Below, piece after piece: positions 10,826 through 20,576 of a DNA stretch of 62,479 nucleotides. Within the stretch, counting starts at the first letter, position 1. Each line of letters starts with the position of its first letter. The stretch lies in assembly GCA_021737425.1 (NCBI GenBank), contig JAIPDZ010000001.1:1-62479 (forward strand), given 5' to 3'. The DNA is from Deltaproteobacteria bacterium. Lineage in GTDB: Bacteria; Desulfobacterota; DSM-4660; Desulfatiglandales; Desulfatiglandaceae. A model generated the notes under the pieces. The model was not told where the DNA came from. It was given only the letters and a program-made list of their open reading frames with translations, and did not search any database. The translations under genes were made by a program, and so were the position numbers.

Positions 10826-11653
10826 ATGTACCGCATGGGCCAATACCTTCTTAGAGACTCCCGGGTCCATCAACTGGATCCCAGAATAAAAATCGTATCC
10901 GTCATTCTCATGAGCATTCTGGTCTTATACGGGGAGCCGGTGACCCAATCCATGATCACCCTGTTTCTCATGGTCCTTCTTCCCCTTTCCCGCACAGGGA
11001 TCAGACCGATACAACAGGCCCTCAAACCCATGCTCATTTTTTTTGCCTTTCTGTTTTTTCTCCATCTGTTCTTTACCCACGGGACCCCCATCCCCCCGTT
11101 TCCGTCCTGGCGGGTCACCCTCACCTACGAGGGGCTGTATACCGGGGCCTTCACCACCTGGCAATTCCTCCTCCTGGTGGTGACCGCCGCCTTCCTCACC
11201 ATGACCACATCTCCCAGCGAGCTGGTAGGCGCCATAGAAAGGCTTTTGCGCCCATTCAAACGAATGGGGCTCCCTTCTGATGATGTGGCCATGATGATTT
11301 CCCTGGCCCTCAGATTCGTCCCCACGCTCTTGGAGGAAATCGCCCGCACCAGGGATGCCCAGACGGCCAGGGGCGCAAGATTCAATCAAGGGGGAATCCT
11401 GCAGCGGTTGAGGGCGATTTCATCCCTGGTACTCCCGGTGATTCTATCCACCCTGAGACGGGCCGACGCCCTGGCCGTGGCCATGGAAGCCAGGGGATAC
11501 GGGGGGGGAGACCGCACCATGCTGCAGGAGTTGTCCCTACGCCGGGCCGATTACGTGGCCATGACCCTCATGGGTCTGTTCGCAGGGGCGGGTTTCATGA
11601 CATGTACTTCCCTGGGGCAAACCCTATGGCCCGTTTTCTCGCAACCGTCATAA
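10826..11653 (+). CDS. bioN: ECF transporter T (transmembrane) component
   Basis: CbiQ/EcfT-like membrane protein with a conserved ARGAR-type coupling motif (AQTARGARF). It is the last gene of birA-bioYMN. Confidence 0.75.
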   Translation: MYRMGQYLLRDSRVHQLDPRIKIVSVILMSILVLYGEPVTQSMITLFLMVLLPLSRTGIRPIQQALKPMLIFFAFLFFLHLFFTHGTPIPPFPSWRVTLTYEGLYTGAFTTWQFLLLVVTAAFLTMTTSPSELVGAIERLLRPFKRMGLPSDDVAMMISLALRFVPTLLEEIARTRDAQTARGARFNQGGILQRLRAISSLVLPVILSTLRRADALAVAMEARGYGGGDRTMLQELSLRRADYVAMTLMGLFAGAGFMTCTSLGQTLWPVFSQPS

Positions 11654-11925
11654 AGCAGGTGGCAAAGTATGGGGATTGCCTGTGGTGGTCGCCCATCCCG
11701 GGCCTTCAACCGGGGCTTTTGTCCTCCTGGCGTTGCCAAACCGGGTATACTTGTAGTAGGATATGTTCTGAACCAAACGGGCATTATAGCACCCTGCAGT
11801 CCCGCCCGGCGGGACAGGGAGTCTCCCAACTGTATGGCAGCCTGACCATTTTTTGAGTCTGCCCGCTGAGCATTTTCACTAAACCCGGAAGTTCATCCCA
11901 TAATTTTCAACCGAAGGAGCACAAT

Positions 11926-12459
11926 ATGGCATCTTTGACAGACCGGATGATCCGAGCATCCAAACTGGATCCCAGCGTATTTGAGGAAGTGGAAGCGGAC
12001 CCGTCCACCATGGGACAGGCCATGGGGGTGGTAGTGCTGTCCAGCGTAGCCGCAGGCATCGGGAGTGCTGGCGTCACCGGGTTTTCAGGCATTTTGATCG
12101 GGATCCTGGTGGCCCTGGCAGGATGGTTTATATGGGCCTTTCTGACCTATATTATCGGAACAAAAATGCTGCCCGAACCCCAGACCCGGGCCAATTACGG
12201 GGAGCTGCTACGGACCATCGGCTTTTCCAGTGCCCCCGGAATTCTGAGGATACTGGGGTTTATTCCCTTTGTGGGGCTGCTGATCAATTTCCTGGCCGGC
12301 ATCTGGATGCTGGTGGCCATGATCATTGCGGTCCGGCAGGCCCTGGACTATCAGAGCACCGGCCGGGCCATAGGGGTCTGTCTGATCGGATGGGTGATTC
12401 AGATCCTTTTTTTCCTTTTGGTTTTCGCCCTGGTGGGGGGTCCGGGAAAACCCGCATAA
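11926..12459 (+). CDS. Yip1-domain membrane protein
   Basis: 177 aa, with a soluble N-terminus followed by 4-5 TM helices. The overall pattern resembles bacterial Yip1 family proteins. Good RBS (GAAGGAG) upstream. Confidence 0.5.
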   Translation: MASLTDRMIRASKLDPSVFEEVEADPSTMGQAMGVVVLSSVAAGIGSAGVTGFSGILIGILVALAGWFIWAFLTYIIGTKMLPEPQTRANYGELLRTIGFSSAPGILRILGFIPFVGLLINFLAGIWMLVAMIIAVRQALDYQSTGRAIGVCLIGWVIQILFFLLVFALVGGPGKPA

Positions 12460-12552
12460 AGGGTGCAAAGTTAAGAGTGGGGTAACATCTCAATACATCG
12501 GGGGGATTGCTTTCTCCGGCACCGTCCTGGCTTCCCCCTAATTATCGGGATG

Positions 12553-12657
12553 TTACAAAGTGACTTGACTGATCTGAAGTAACTGGTCGATATCCGCCAT
12601 GATAATGGACAGGGGGTTCCCCAGCAACTTCGCCCGTTCGACTTCCCGGGGCAGATG
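12553..12657 (-). pseudogene. possible remnant of a GGDEF (diguanylate cyclase) domain
   Basis: The minus-strand frame reads HLPREVERAKLLGNPLSIIMADIDQLLQISQVTL-stop. This resembles the start of GGDEF domains (..RAkR...PLSlimlDIDhFKqiND). There are stops immediately upstream and no start codon. Confidence 0.25.
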
Positions 12658-13181
12658 CGTTCCCCACGGGTATCATATTCACCCTTGATCCACGCCTTCC
12701 ATTGCCTGTACTGATGAAGTTCATCCAGGACGACGGTGTTCTCCTCGGCCGGTCACCGCCCTGCCAAGATCCTTTTCCGACCTTCCCTACGATTCCAGTT
12801 AGAATAGCGATCGTGTTCCTTCCTCAGAATTTTAGATGAGGTACTCCACTTCTCTTGCACTTGTCTTTCTAACCAAATCAACGGAAATTCGAACCGGGTT
12901 CAAGAAAACTAAAAGGCGCGTAATTGACAACTCAAGGAGTCGTACCAGCACGACAAGCATGATTTTAGCCGGGTCGGCCAATTTTGTTCTTGATGAGTTT
13001 CAATCTTTTTTAACATAAGGGTGTTTTGGAGTCATCGATTGATCAGAGACCATTGTTTCTTTATTGCCAGTCAGATGCAGAAAGTGTATTTAAAAAGGGA
13101 GCCCCATGCGGTGCCGATTCAGCGGGTAAACCCGCAAAGCATCCCGGTTGGAAAATTTATCCCTCTAAGAGGAGTAACATC

Positions 13182-14621
13182 ATGCGTCCCATTCGCATGA
13201 CCATACGCGCACAGATTATGATCGCGTTTATTGTCACTTTCGCGTTCATGGCCGGAATCCTCGCGGTCAACTATGAATACATCCACCGACTGTCGCGATC
13301 CATGCAGTTGTTCGAGGTGGCCGGGGAACTCAACAGCACTCTTTTGGAGATACGACGATACGAGAAAAACTACTTCCTCTATGGGCAGGAATTTAACTAC
13401 GAAGAAAATGTCACCTATACCAACCGGATGGCCATGATCCTTCAACGGGAGAAGGAAGCTCTTGTTGAGGCCATCGGCAGGGAAAACTACGGACAAGCCC
13501 TCAAATATGTCGAGGAATATTCGGCGAAGATGACCCAACTTCGGGAGGCCTCCTGCGATGTGGGAGATTGCGCCCCACTTCAAACGCAAATCCGCGGTAT
13601 CGGTCATAACCTCCTTCTCTTAGCCGATGAGTTCCTCACTATGGAGCGTCGAGCCATTGACAGGCTGCTCCAGCAAATGAAGCCCCTTCCCTGGATCGGC
13701 CTCCTCATGCTCGTGGTGTTGTCGGGTTTCATTTTATTTTTTATCGGCGAAAGAGTCATCCGGCCTCTCGCAAGAATCACCCGTGAATCCGAAGCCGTGG
13801 CCCAGGGCGCTTTTGAGCGGATCACGCCCTACGGGGATGCCAAGAACGAGATTCACCACCTGGTGTCGGCCATCAACCGGATGATGGAGGAGTTGGAAAA
13901 ACGGCAGGAACAGCTCATCCAGTCCCGCAAGATTGCCTCCATCGGGACCTTGACCGCAGGCATTGCCCATGAAATCAACAATCCGGTCAACAACCTTTCG
14001 CTGATTCTGGAATCCCTGGTCGAAGACGGCGACAACATGGACAACGAGGAACGCCGGGGGCTTTATCAGGAGGCCATGGATCAGGCCGACAGGACCAGCG
14101 AGATCGTCAAAAATCTCCTCGAATTTTCAAGGGCGAGCCACCCGCGTCTCGAAGACGTGGATCCCTCGGAAGTGGTGGAAAAAACCGCCCGTCTGCTTCG
14201 CAATGAGATGGAATTGCGAAAAATCCGGTTCACTAAAGAAATCCAGCCTGGATTGCCCAAGGTCCGCACAGACAAGGACGGCCTCCAGCAGGTCCTGCTC
14301 AATCTGTTCATGAATGCCATTCAGGCCATGGAATCTGAGGGCGAGCTGAAGGCGGAGGTAGGTCTGGCGGACACACCAGACGAGATCCGTATCGACGTCG
14401 TTGATAACGGACCAGGTATTCCGCCGGAAATCACTGAGCAGATCTTCGACCCCTTTTTCACCACCAAGAAAGAAGGCGTGGGAACCGGGTTGGGTCTTTC
14501 GGTGAGCTATAGCATCATTGAAAAAAACGGGGGTAGGATAGAATTGGCGAGTCAGCCCGGCCAGGGAGCACGCTTTTCCATTTTCCTGCCGCTGGCAGGT
14601 GCAGCGTTCAGCGGGGAGTAG
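13182..14621 (+). CDS. sensor histidine kinase (2 TM, HAMP, HisKA, HATPase)
   Basis: H-box IAHEINNP, N-box [13 protein letters not shown]1 DNGPGI, G2 GTGLGLS. Start taken at ATG 13182, after AAGAGGAG. Confidence 0.8.
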   Translation: MRPIRMTIRAQIMIAFIVTFAFMAGILAVNYEYIHRLSRSMQLFEVAGELNSTLLEIRRYEKNYFLYGQEFNYEENVTYTNRMAMILQREKEALVEAIGRENYGQALKYVEEYSAKMTQLREASCDVGDCAPLQTQIRGIGHNLLLLADEFLTMERRAIDRLLQQMKPLPWIGLLMLVVLSGFILFFIGERVIRPLARITRESEAVAQGAFERITPYGDAKNEIHHLVSAINRMMEELEKRQEQLIQSRKIASIGTLTAGIAHEINNPVNNLSLILESLVEDGDNMDNEERRGLYQEAMDQADRTSEIVKNLLEFSRASHPRLEDVDPSEVVEKTARLLRNEMELRKIRFTKEIQPGLPKVRTDKDGLQQVLLNLFMNAIQAMESEGELKAEVGLADTPDEIRIDVVDNGPGIPPEITEQIFDPFFTTKKEGVGTGLGLSVSYSIIEKNGGRIELASQPGQGARFSIFLPLAGAAFSGE

Positions 14622-14623
14622 GG

Positions 14624-15970
14624 ATGGACCGATTCAAAATATCCGTAATAGACGATGAACCCATTGTCTGCCGAGAAATCAAGCGGGGCCTGTCTAAGGA
14701 AAACTACGACGTGGAGACTTTTGCGGACGCTGAGTCCGGTCTGAGCGCCTTTGAACGGGAGTCCTTCGACCTGGTACTGTGCGACCTTCGGCTGCCGGGC
14801 CTGGGCGGACAGGACGTACTGAAGCACATCCGCATGCATTATCCGCACACCGAGGTCATCCTCATCACCGGCTACGGTTCCGTGGACTCGGCCATCGAGG
14901 CGATCCGGGCCGGGGCCTTCCATTATGTGACAAAGCCGGTGAAGATGGCTGAAATCCGACTTTTGACCAAACGGGCACTGGATAAGGTGGCCCTGGTTCG
15001 CGAAAGGGAGGCCCTCAAGGAGGCCCTTTTCGCCAAGGACCGGCCAATGGAGATTGTAGGGCGAAGTAAGGCGATGAACGAGGTATTCCGGCTCATCGAG
15101 AAGGTGGCGCCGCTGGACTGCACTGTGCTTATCCAGGGGGAAAGCGGCACCGGCAAGGAGATGGTTGCCCGGGCCCTGCACCGTCGAAGTCCAAGAAACA
15201 AAGGGCCTTTTGTGTCCTTCAACTGCGGCGGTTTTACCGAGGAGTTGATAAGTAACGAACTGTTCGGCCATGAAAAGGGCGCGTTTACCGGCGCCAACGA
15301 AAGGAAAATCGGCCTCCTGGAGGCCGCCCATACGGGGACCATCTTCCTGGACGAAATCAGCGAGATGCCGACCCCAATGCAGGTCAAACTGCTTCGTTTT
15401 GTGGAGGAACGCGTTTTGCTGCGCGTGGGCGGCGTGAGGCCGCTGCCGGTGGATGTCCGTCTGCTCGCGGCCAGCAATCAGGATCTGGCGGACATGGTCA
15501 AAAGACGCGCGTTCCGGGAAGACCTCTTCTACCGACTCAATGTCGTGGGGATCACCTTGCCGCCGCTCCGGACCCGGCGGGACGATATTCCCCTCCTTGT
15601 GCGGCATTTTTTCGACAAATACAGCCACGCCTTTGCCAAGGAGGTCAAGGGGGTTTCCTCCGAGGTCATGCAGATCCTCTCCAGATATCCATTTCCCGGC
15701 AATGTAAGGGAACTGGAAAACATTGTCGAACGCGCCATCGCCCTGTCCGAAGAAACCGAGATCTCGGTGCGCGATCTCCCTTCCGATCTCCAGGCGCTTT
15801 CCATCAGCAGTCTGGAAAAAAATCACTGGCTGTCGTTGGAAGAGAAAGAAAAAGAATATATCCGCGAGGTGTTGGTCCAGACCGATTACAACAGGAATCT
15901 CGCCGCCGAAATTCTGGGTCTGCCCCGGACCACTCTCTGGCGCAAGATGAAGCGCTTCGGCCTCGAATGA
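14624..15970 (+). CDS. sigma-54-dependent response regulator (REC, AAA+, Fis-type HTH; NtrC family)
   Basis: REC domain with DDEPIV...CDLRLPG, Walker A GESGTGKE, GAFTGA sigma-54 contact loop, and C-terminal HTH (AAEILGLPRTTLWRKMKRFG). Confidence 0.9.
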   Translation: MDRFKISVIDDEPIVCREIKRGLSKENYDVETFADAESGLSAFERESFDLVLCDLRLPGLGGQDVLKHIRMHYPHTEVILITGYGSVDSAIEAIRAGAFHYVTKPVKMAEIRLLTKRALDKVALVREREALKEALFAKDRPMEIVGRSKAMNEVFRLIEKVAPLDCTVLIQGESGTGKEMVARALHRRSPRNKGPFVSFNCGGFTEELISNELFGHEKGAFTGANERKIGLLEAAHTGTIFLDEISEMPTPMQVKLLRFVEERVLLRVGGVRPLPVDVRLLAASNQDLADMVKRRAFREDLFYRLNVVGITLPPLRTRRDDIPLLVRHFFDKYSHAFAKEVKGVSSEVMQILSRYPFPGNVRELENIVERAIALSEETEISVRDLPSDLQALSISSLEKNHWLSLEEKEKEYIREVLVQTDYNRNLAAEILGLPRTTLWRKMKRFGLE

Positions 15971-16165
15971 TCATTTCCCATTGCCCTGTCGACGTCTATT
16001 ATCCTTTTCAATATGAAACATAGGTCTCAACTTATTTAAATCCTAAGCTATTCTTCCAAGTTAACTCCATTTCTTGTCCCCGCCTGTTTCAGAATGAAAC
16101 CTTTTGGAAAATCCAGCCAATGGTGTTTCTATCTAACCTATTGATATCAAAAGAGTTATTTCGTT

Positions 16166-16181
16166 TGGTACGTATATTGTA
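16166..16181 (+). promoter_or_regulatory. candidate sigma-54 promoter (TGGTACG-N4-TTGTA)
   Basis: TGGTACGTATATTGTA compared with the consensus TGGCACG-N4-TTGCW. The GG and the -12 G have correct spacing. It lies about 40 nt upstream of the USP start and directly downstream of the NtrC-type regulator. Confidence 0.4.
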
Positions 16182-16218
16182 TATTTGCAGGCGACAGGCA
16201 CAGGCAGGGGAGACCGCA

Positions 16219-16665
16219 ATGCTGCAAAAGAAAATACTCGTCCCGCTAAGGACCTCGGAAAAAAGTCTCAAGGGTGTCCATCATGCCCTGGCCCTGGCCA
16301 AACGGCTTGGGGCCCAAGTTTACATTCTTCAGCAGGGTGCATCCACGAAAGAGGAAGACCCCTTTGGATCGGTTCTGGAGGAGGCCCTGATCGACCTGAT
16401 CAACAGCGCCCGCGACGCCGGTCTGAGCTTGTCGCACCATGTCGCAACCAGGAATTTGAAAGAGGAGATCGTCGGCATGGCAAAAGAAGAGGGGATTGAC
16501 CTGATGGTGTTCGAAACAGACGACGAGATCGGCAGGCGGCTCCTGGGACAGGTCAAACCCCTGGTGGCGAGCCAGATCATTCAGGTACAGGAAAAGGTTG
16601 TCAGCGATTGCCTGCTCGGCGATGCCCCACAGGAAACTTATGGGACCGGCATTGAAAATGTTTAG
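16219..16665 (+). CDS. universal stress protein-like (USP/adenine-nucleotide alpha-hydrolase fold)
   Basis: 148 aa from ATG 16219. KKILVPLRTSEKSLKGVHHALALAKRLGAQVYIL is a USP-like N-terminus. The ATP-binding G-x2-G-x9-G motif is not obvious. Confidence 0.5.
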   Translation: MLQKKILVPLRTSEKSLKGVHHALALAKRLGAQVYILQQGASTKEEDPFGSVLEEALIDLINSARDAGLSLSHHVATRNLKEEIVGMAKEEGIDLMVFETDDEIGRRLLGQVKPLVASQIIQVQEKVVSDCLLGDAPQETYGTGIENV

Positions 16666-16961
16666 GAGGATGGGGAGGGCTTTACACTGCGGCGCGTTAC
16701 AGCCCCGAGAACTTTCATACCGCGGTCGTTCATGCTGCCTTTCCATAACAGGTATAGAAAGCCCTGGGGCGGCCACCGAGCGGTGTGTATCCATTTTAAT
16801 GCAGCTCTTGGAAAGAGACCCCCACGCGCTGACTGATAAGGCACCGACTTCTCCGCAGGGTGCAGAGACGTTACAACCAAAGATTCTAAAACCGTGCAGC
16901 AAGGCATTTTCTGAACGGGACCCGGCGGCACATAACCCGACATCAGGAAAAGGAGGGAATC

Positions 16962-17372
16962 ATGAGAGATCCTATCAAAATAGTCGTTATCGATGACGAG
17001 CCTATCGTAGGGGAGCGACTCAAGGCGATGCTGGTCAGGGATGGGCACCGGGTCGAAAACTTTGTCAATCCCCTGAAGGCCATTGATCGTCTCCAAGAAA
17101 CGGATTTTGACATCGTGATCACCGATATCCGCATGGGTGAAATGGACGGGATCCAGGTTTTGGAGAAGGTCTTCGAAAAATCCCGGCATACCAGGGTCAT
17201 CATGATCAGCGGGTACGCTACCCTGGACCTGGCAAAAGAATCCTTGACCAAGGGGGCCTTTGATTTCATTGCAAAGCCTTTCAAACTGAAGGAACTTCGA
17301 AACACGATTAAAAAGGCGGTCAAATCCCTGGACCGGGCAAATGAGCAATCTGCAAGCGCCGCATCGGCCTAA
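16962..17372 (+). CDS. stand-alone response regulator receiver (CheY-like)
   Basis: 136 aa with VIDDEPIV, phospho-acceptor TDIRMGEMDG, and conserved KPF. No output domain. RBS AAAGGAGGG. Confidence 0.85.
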   Translation: MRDPIKIVVIDDEPIVGERLKAMLVRDGHRVENFVNPLKAIDRLQETDFDIVITDIRMGEMDGIQVLEKVFEKSRHTRVIMISGYATLDLAKESLTKGAFDFIAKPFKLKELRNTIKKAVKSLDRANEQSASAASA

Positions 17373-17496
17373 GAAATGCCGGGTGGGGCGCTTCAGTGTG
17401 CATCCGATCCTTTTTTGGGGTTGACTTCGCCATGCAGGAAGGGGCGGCCTGCAGGGCCGACCCCAACAGAAAACCACCATATGGAGGAAAATCAAA

Positions 17497-17658
17497 ATGG
17501 AAATATACAGAAGTCCGATGGAAAAAATTCTCAAGCAGTTCGAAGACAGCCTTGTGATCACCAATCCCAAGAATCGCTGCAAGGCTCTCCGGCTTAAGGT
17601 AATTTACCGTTGCGCCTACTGGGTCGATCGCGTTGTGGGATTCTTTCACAAACGTTGA
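17497..17658 (+). CDS. small hypothetical protein (53 aa)
   Basis: Below the track cutoff. GGAGGA lies 8 nt upstream of the ATG. Translation: MEIYRSPMEKILKQFEDSLVITNPKNRCKALRLKVIYRCAYWVDRVVGFFHKR. No recognisable family. Confidence 0.3.
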   Translation: MEIYRSPMEKILKQFEDSLVITNPKNRCKALRLKVIYRCAYWVDRVVGFFHKR

Positions 17659-17816
17659 CGCGGCCATTCCGCCTCTTGAGGCAACGCCCGGGACGAGATG
17701 TGAAATGAACAGGACTTGGGAAAGGGATCTCGCTCCGATGCAGGTGAAAAGGAAAAGCAGGAACATCCAACCCTGAACCGATTTTGTAGGTAACCCCAGA
17801 CAGAGGAAATACACGT

Positions 17817-19625
17817 ATGGAGCAACTGACACCGGAAATGATCTTGGTAATGGCGATGATCGGCGTGGCCGTATTCCTGTTTATCGTGGAGTGGGTACGT
17901 GTGGATGTGGTAGCCATTCTGATGATGGTCGCCCTGCCGCTCCTTCACCTGGTCACCCCCAAGGAGGCCTTCATCGGCTTGAGCAGCAACGCCGTGGTTT
18001 CCATTATTGCGGTGATCATCATCGGGGCCGGACTCGATAGAACAGGCATTATCAACAAGATGGTAAAACCCATCGTCCGCATTGCCGGCAACAGCCCTTC
18101 GCGGATTGTGATCGCCATCTCCTTTACAGTGGCCATCATCTCCAGTTTCATGCAAAACATCGGCGCCGCCGCGCTTTTCCTGCCTGCCATACAGCGCGTG
18201 AGCAAGTCCCTCAGGATCCCCATCAGCAGGCTCCTGATGCCCATCGGCTTCAGTGCCATCCTGGGCGGGACCGTGACACTGGTGGGCTCCAGCCCCCTGA
18301 TCCTGCTGAACGATCTCATAGCCCCCTTCAATCTCAAGCCCTTCGGGCTGTTCGATGTGACCCCCATCGGACTGGGGCTGGTGATCAGCGGCATCGCCTG
18401 TTTCGTCCTGTTTGGGAAGTTCATCCTGCCGAAAGGGCCGGACGCCGCATCCGACCAACAGGGACAGGAAGATGGCTCCAGCCCGCTGGAAGAAATCGGC
18501 GAGGCATATGAACTCAAGACGCCCGATGACTTCACCCACTATCGGGACCCGGTGCGGATCGATGATCTTCGCCGGAGATATCTCGTGAATGTGGTGGCCA
18601 TTGTCGAGCCCCCTGATTTCAAGATCGTCAACCCGCCCCCGGACATGGAGCTGCGGTCCGGCATGGACCTGGCGGTCTACGGCGTAGAAAGAGACGTGAA
18701 GCGCATGGCCGAACAGGAGGGGATGTTTCTGAAGGACTCCCTTCAGGTCTTCCAAAATGAAGTGGCGGAAGGCACTTCGGGCGCCGTGGAAGCGGTCGTG
18801 GCACCCCGTTCTCCCCTAGTGGGAAAGACGTTGAGGCAAATTGATCTTCAGGATCGTTTCCGAGTGACGCCACTGGCCATTTATCGGCACGGGGAGATCT
18901 ATCGTGCCGAGATCGGCGACCTGGCGCTCGGGGTAGGCGACGCCATCCTCCTTCACGGGACCTGGAAGAGGTTGAAAGCCCTCCAGGGAGAAAAGAGCCT
19001 CCTGTTTACAACCCCGATTGATGTGGACCTGATGCGGCCCGAAAAGGCCGTTTTTGCTGGGTTTTGGCTGGCAACCGCCCTGATTATGATCATGATTTTT
19101 AAAATCCAATTGTCCGTCTGTCTGATGACCGGAGCCCTGGGGATGGTGATCACGAAGGTGCTCACCATCGATGAGGCATACCAGTCCGTAGACTGGAGGA
19201 CCATCTTTTTGCTGGCGGGCCTGATCCCGTTGGGGATTGCAACCGAGAAAACAGGTACCGCGGCGTGGATCGCCCACGCGGTCCTGAACACCATCGGCAC
19301 GGTGAATCCGATGGTCCTGCTGTCCATTATCGGCCTGCTGTCCACTGTTTTTACCCTGGTCGTCTCCAATGTGGGCGCAACCGTTTTGCTGGTCCCCCTG
19401 GTGGTGAACATGGCCATTGCGGCCAACGCGGATCCCCGGATGGCGGCCCTGGTGGTGGGACTGGCCACGAACAACTCCTTCATCCTTCCGACTCATCAGG
19501 TCAATGCCCTCTACATGGGACCCGGCAGGTACAGGAGCGTGGACTTTATGAAGGCCGGCGCGGTGGTCAGCGTGGTATTCCTGGCGGTGCTGATCGGCAT
19601 CATCTCCCTGGTGTATGGGATTTGA
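17817..19625 (+). CDS. DASS/SLC13-type anion permease with two central TrkA-C (RCK_C) domains
   Basis: 602 aa. Hydrophobic N and C halves flank two TrkA-C-like repeats (..VVAIVEPPDFKIVNPPPDMELRSGMDLAVYG.. and ..VEAVVAPRSPLVGKTLRQIDLQDRFRVTPLAIYR..GDAILLHG). Confidence 0.8.
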   Translation: MEQLTPEMILVMAMIGVAVFLFIVEWVRVDVVAILMMVALPLLHLVTPKEAFIGLSSNAVVSIIAVIIIGAGLDRTGIINKMVKPIVRIAGNSPSRIVIAISFTVAIISSFMQNIGAAALFLPAIQRVSKSLRIPISRLLMPIGFSAILGGTVTLVGSSPLILLNDLIAPFNLKPFGLFDVTPIGLGLVISGIACFVLFGKFILPKGPDAASDQQGQEDGSSPLEEIGEAYELKTPDDFTHYRDPVRIDDLRRRYLVNVVAIVEPPDFKIVNPPPDMELRSGMDLAVYGVERDVKRMAEQEGMFLKDSLQVFQNEVAEGTSGAVEAVVAPRSPLVGKTLRQIDLQDRFRVTPLAIYRHGEIYRAEIGDLALGVGDAILLHGTWKRLKALQGEKSLLFTTPIDVDLMRPEKAVFAGFWLATALIMIMIFKIQLSVCLMTGALGMVITKVLTIDEAYQSVDWRTIFLLAGLIPLGIATEKTGTAAWIAHAVLNTIGTVNPMVLLSIIGLLSTVFTLVVSNVGATVLLVPLVVNMAIAANADPRMAALVVGLATNNSFILPTHQVNALYMGPGRYRSVDFMKAGAVVSVVFLAVLIGIISLVYGI

Positions 19626-19700
19626 TGCCAAATTGCATCCATGGGCAATTTGAACACGTCATTGCGAGACGTCGAAAGTTATGAAAGGAGAAGTCCTCAT

Positions 19701-20513
19701 ATGGCAATCATAACCATCTCACGGGGTTCGTACAGCAAGGGCAAGGAGGTGGCGGAAAAGGTGGCCGCACGGTTGGGCTATGAGTGCATCAGCCGGGAAG
19801 TGCTCTTGGATGCCAGCGACCGGTTTAATATCCCTGAAGTGAGGCTCATCAGGGCCATTCACGACGCGCCGTCCATTCTGGATCGGTTCAGTCATGGGAA
19901 GCAGGCCTTCATGGCCTACATAAGATATGCGCTCGCCTGCCGGGCCCAGAAGGACAACTTGGTATATCACGGTCTGGCCGGTCACGTCCTGCTCCTGGGC
20001 ATACCCCATGTCCTGAAGGTAAGGGTTATTGCAAATCTGGAAGACCGGGTAAAAAGCGAGATGAGCAGGGAAAAGATCAGCGAGGAGGAGGCTCGCTCCC
20101 TCATCCTCCGGGATGACCAGGAAAGACGTAAGTGGACCAGAAGCCTTTATGGCCTGGACCCCTGGGACAGCGCTCTTTACGACCTGGTTCTCCACATTCA
20201 TAAATTGACGGTAGACGACGCGGTGGCCTTCATCTGTGAGGCTGCCAAGCTGAAGCAATTCGAATCCACCCCGGAGACACGGCGCAAGATGGATGATCTG
20301 GTTACGGCCTGCGAGGTGAAGGCGCTCCTTGCAGACGAATACATGGATGTGAGGGTTGCATGTGAATTCGGAAATGTATTGATTTACACCAAGTCAGGGG
20401 GACGCCTGCAGCACAAACTGCAAGAGAGCGCGAGGAAATTGGGCCGGGAAATCAAGGGTATCCATCACGTTGAAGTCCATCCCGGGGTCCCGACCCCGGC
20501 TCAAGCAGTCTGA
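19701..20513 (+). CDS. cytidylate-kinase-like (Cytidylate_kin2-type) protein with a BON-like C-terminal domain, paralog 1
   Basis: 270 aa from ATG 19701. The N-terminus IITISRGSYSKGKEVAEKVAARLGYECISREVL resembles the AAA/cytidylate-kinase-like family with a near-P-loop GSYSKGKE. The C-terminal 70 aa (VRVACEFGNVLIYTKSGG...IKGIHHVEVH) resemble a BON domain. Confidence 0.6.
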   Translation: MAIITISRGSYSKGKEVAEKVAARLGYECISREVLLDASDRFNIPEVRLIRAIHDAPSILDRFSHGKQAFMAYIRYALACRAQKDNLVYHGLAGHVLLLGIPHVLKVRVIANLEDRVKSEMSREKISEEEARSLILRDDQERRKWTRSLYGLDPWDSALYDLVLHIHKLTVDDAVAFICEAAKLKQFESTPETRRKMDDLVTACEVKALLADEYMDVRVACEFGNVLIYTKSGGRLQHKLQESARKLGREIKGIHHVEVHPGVPTPAQAV

Positions 20514-20576
20514 CAGGCCTCACTGCAGTCTCCCGAATGGTGAAGACAAAAACGCACAGACAGAGGACCCGATATT

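Noticed and set aside
14552-19631. Minus-strand ORFs 14552-15826 (424 aa), 16662-17582, 17646-18755 (369 aa) and 18816-19631 (271 aa)
   Set aside because: They overlap well-supported plus-strand genes (NtrC-type regulator, REC, DASS permease). The sequences are H/G/D/R-rich nonsense without domains.
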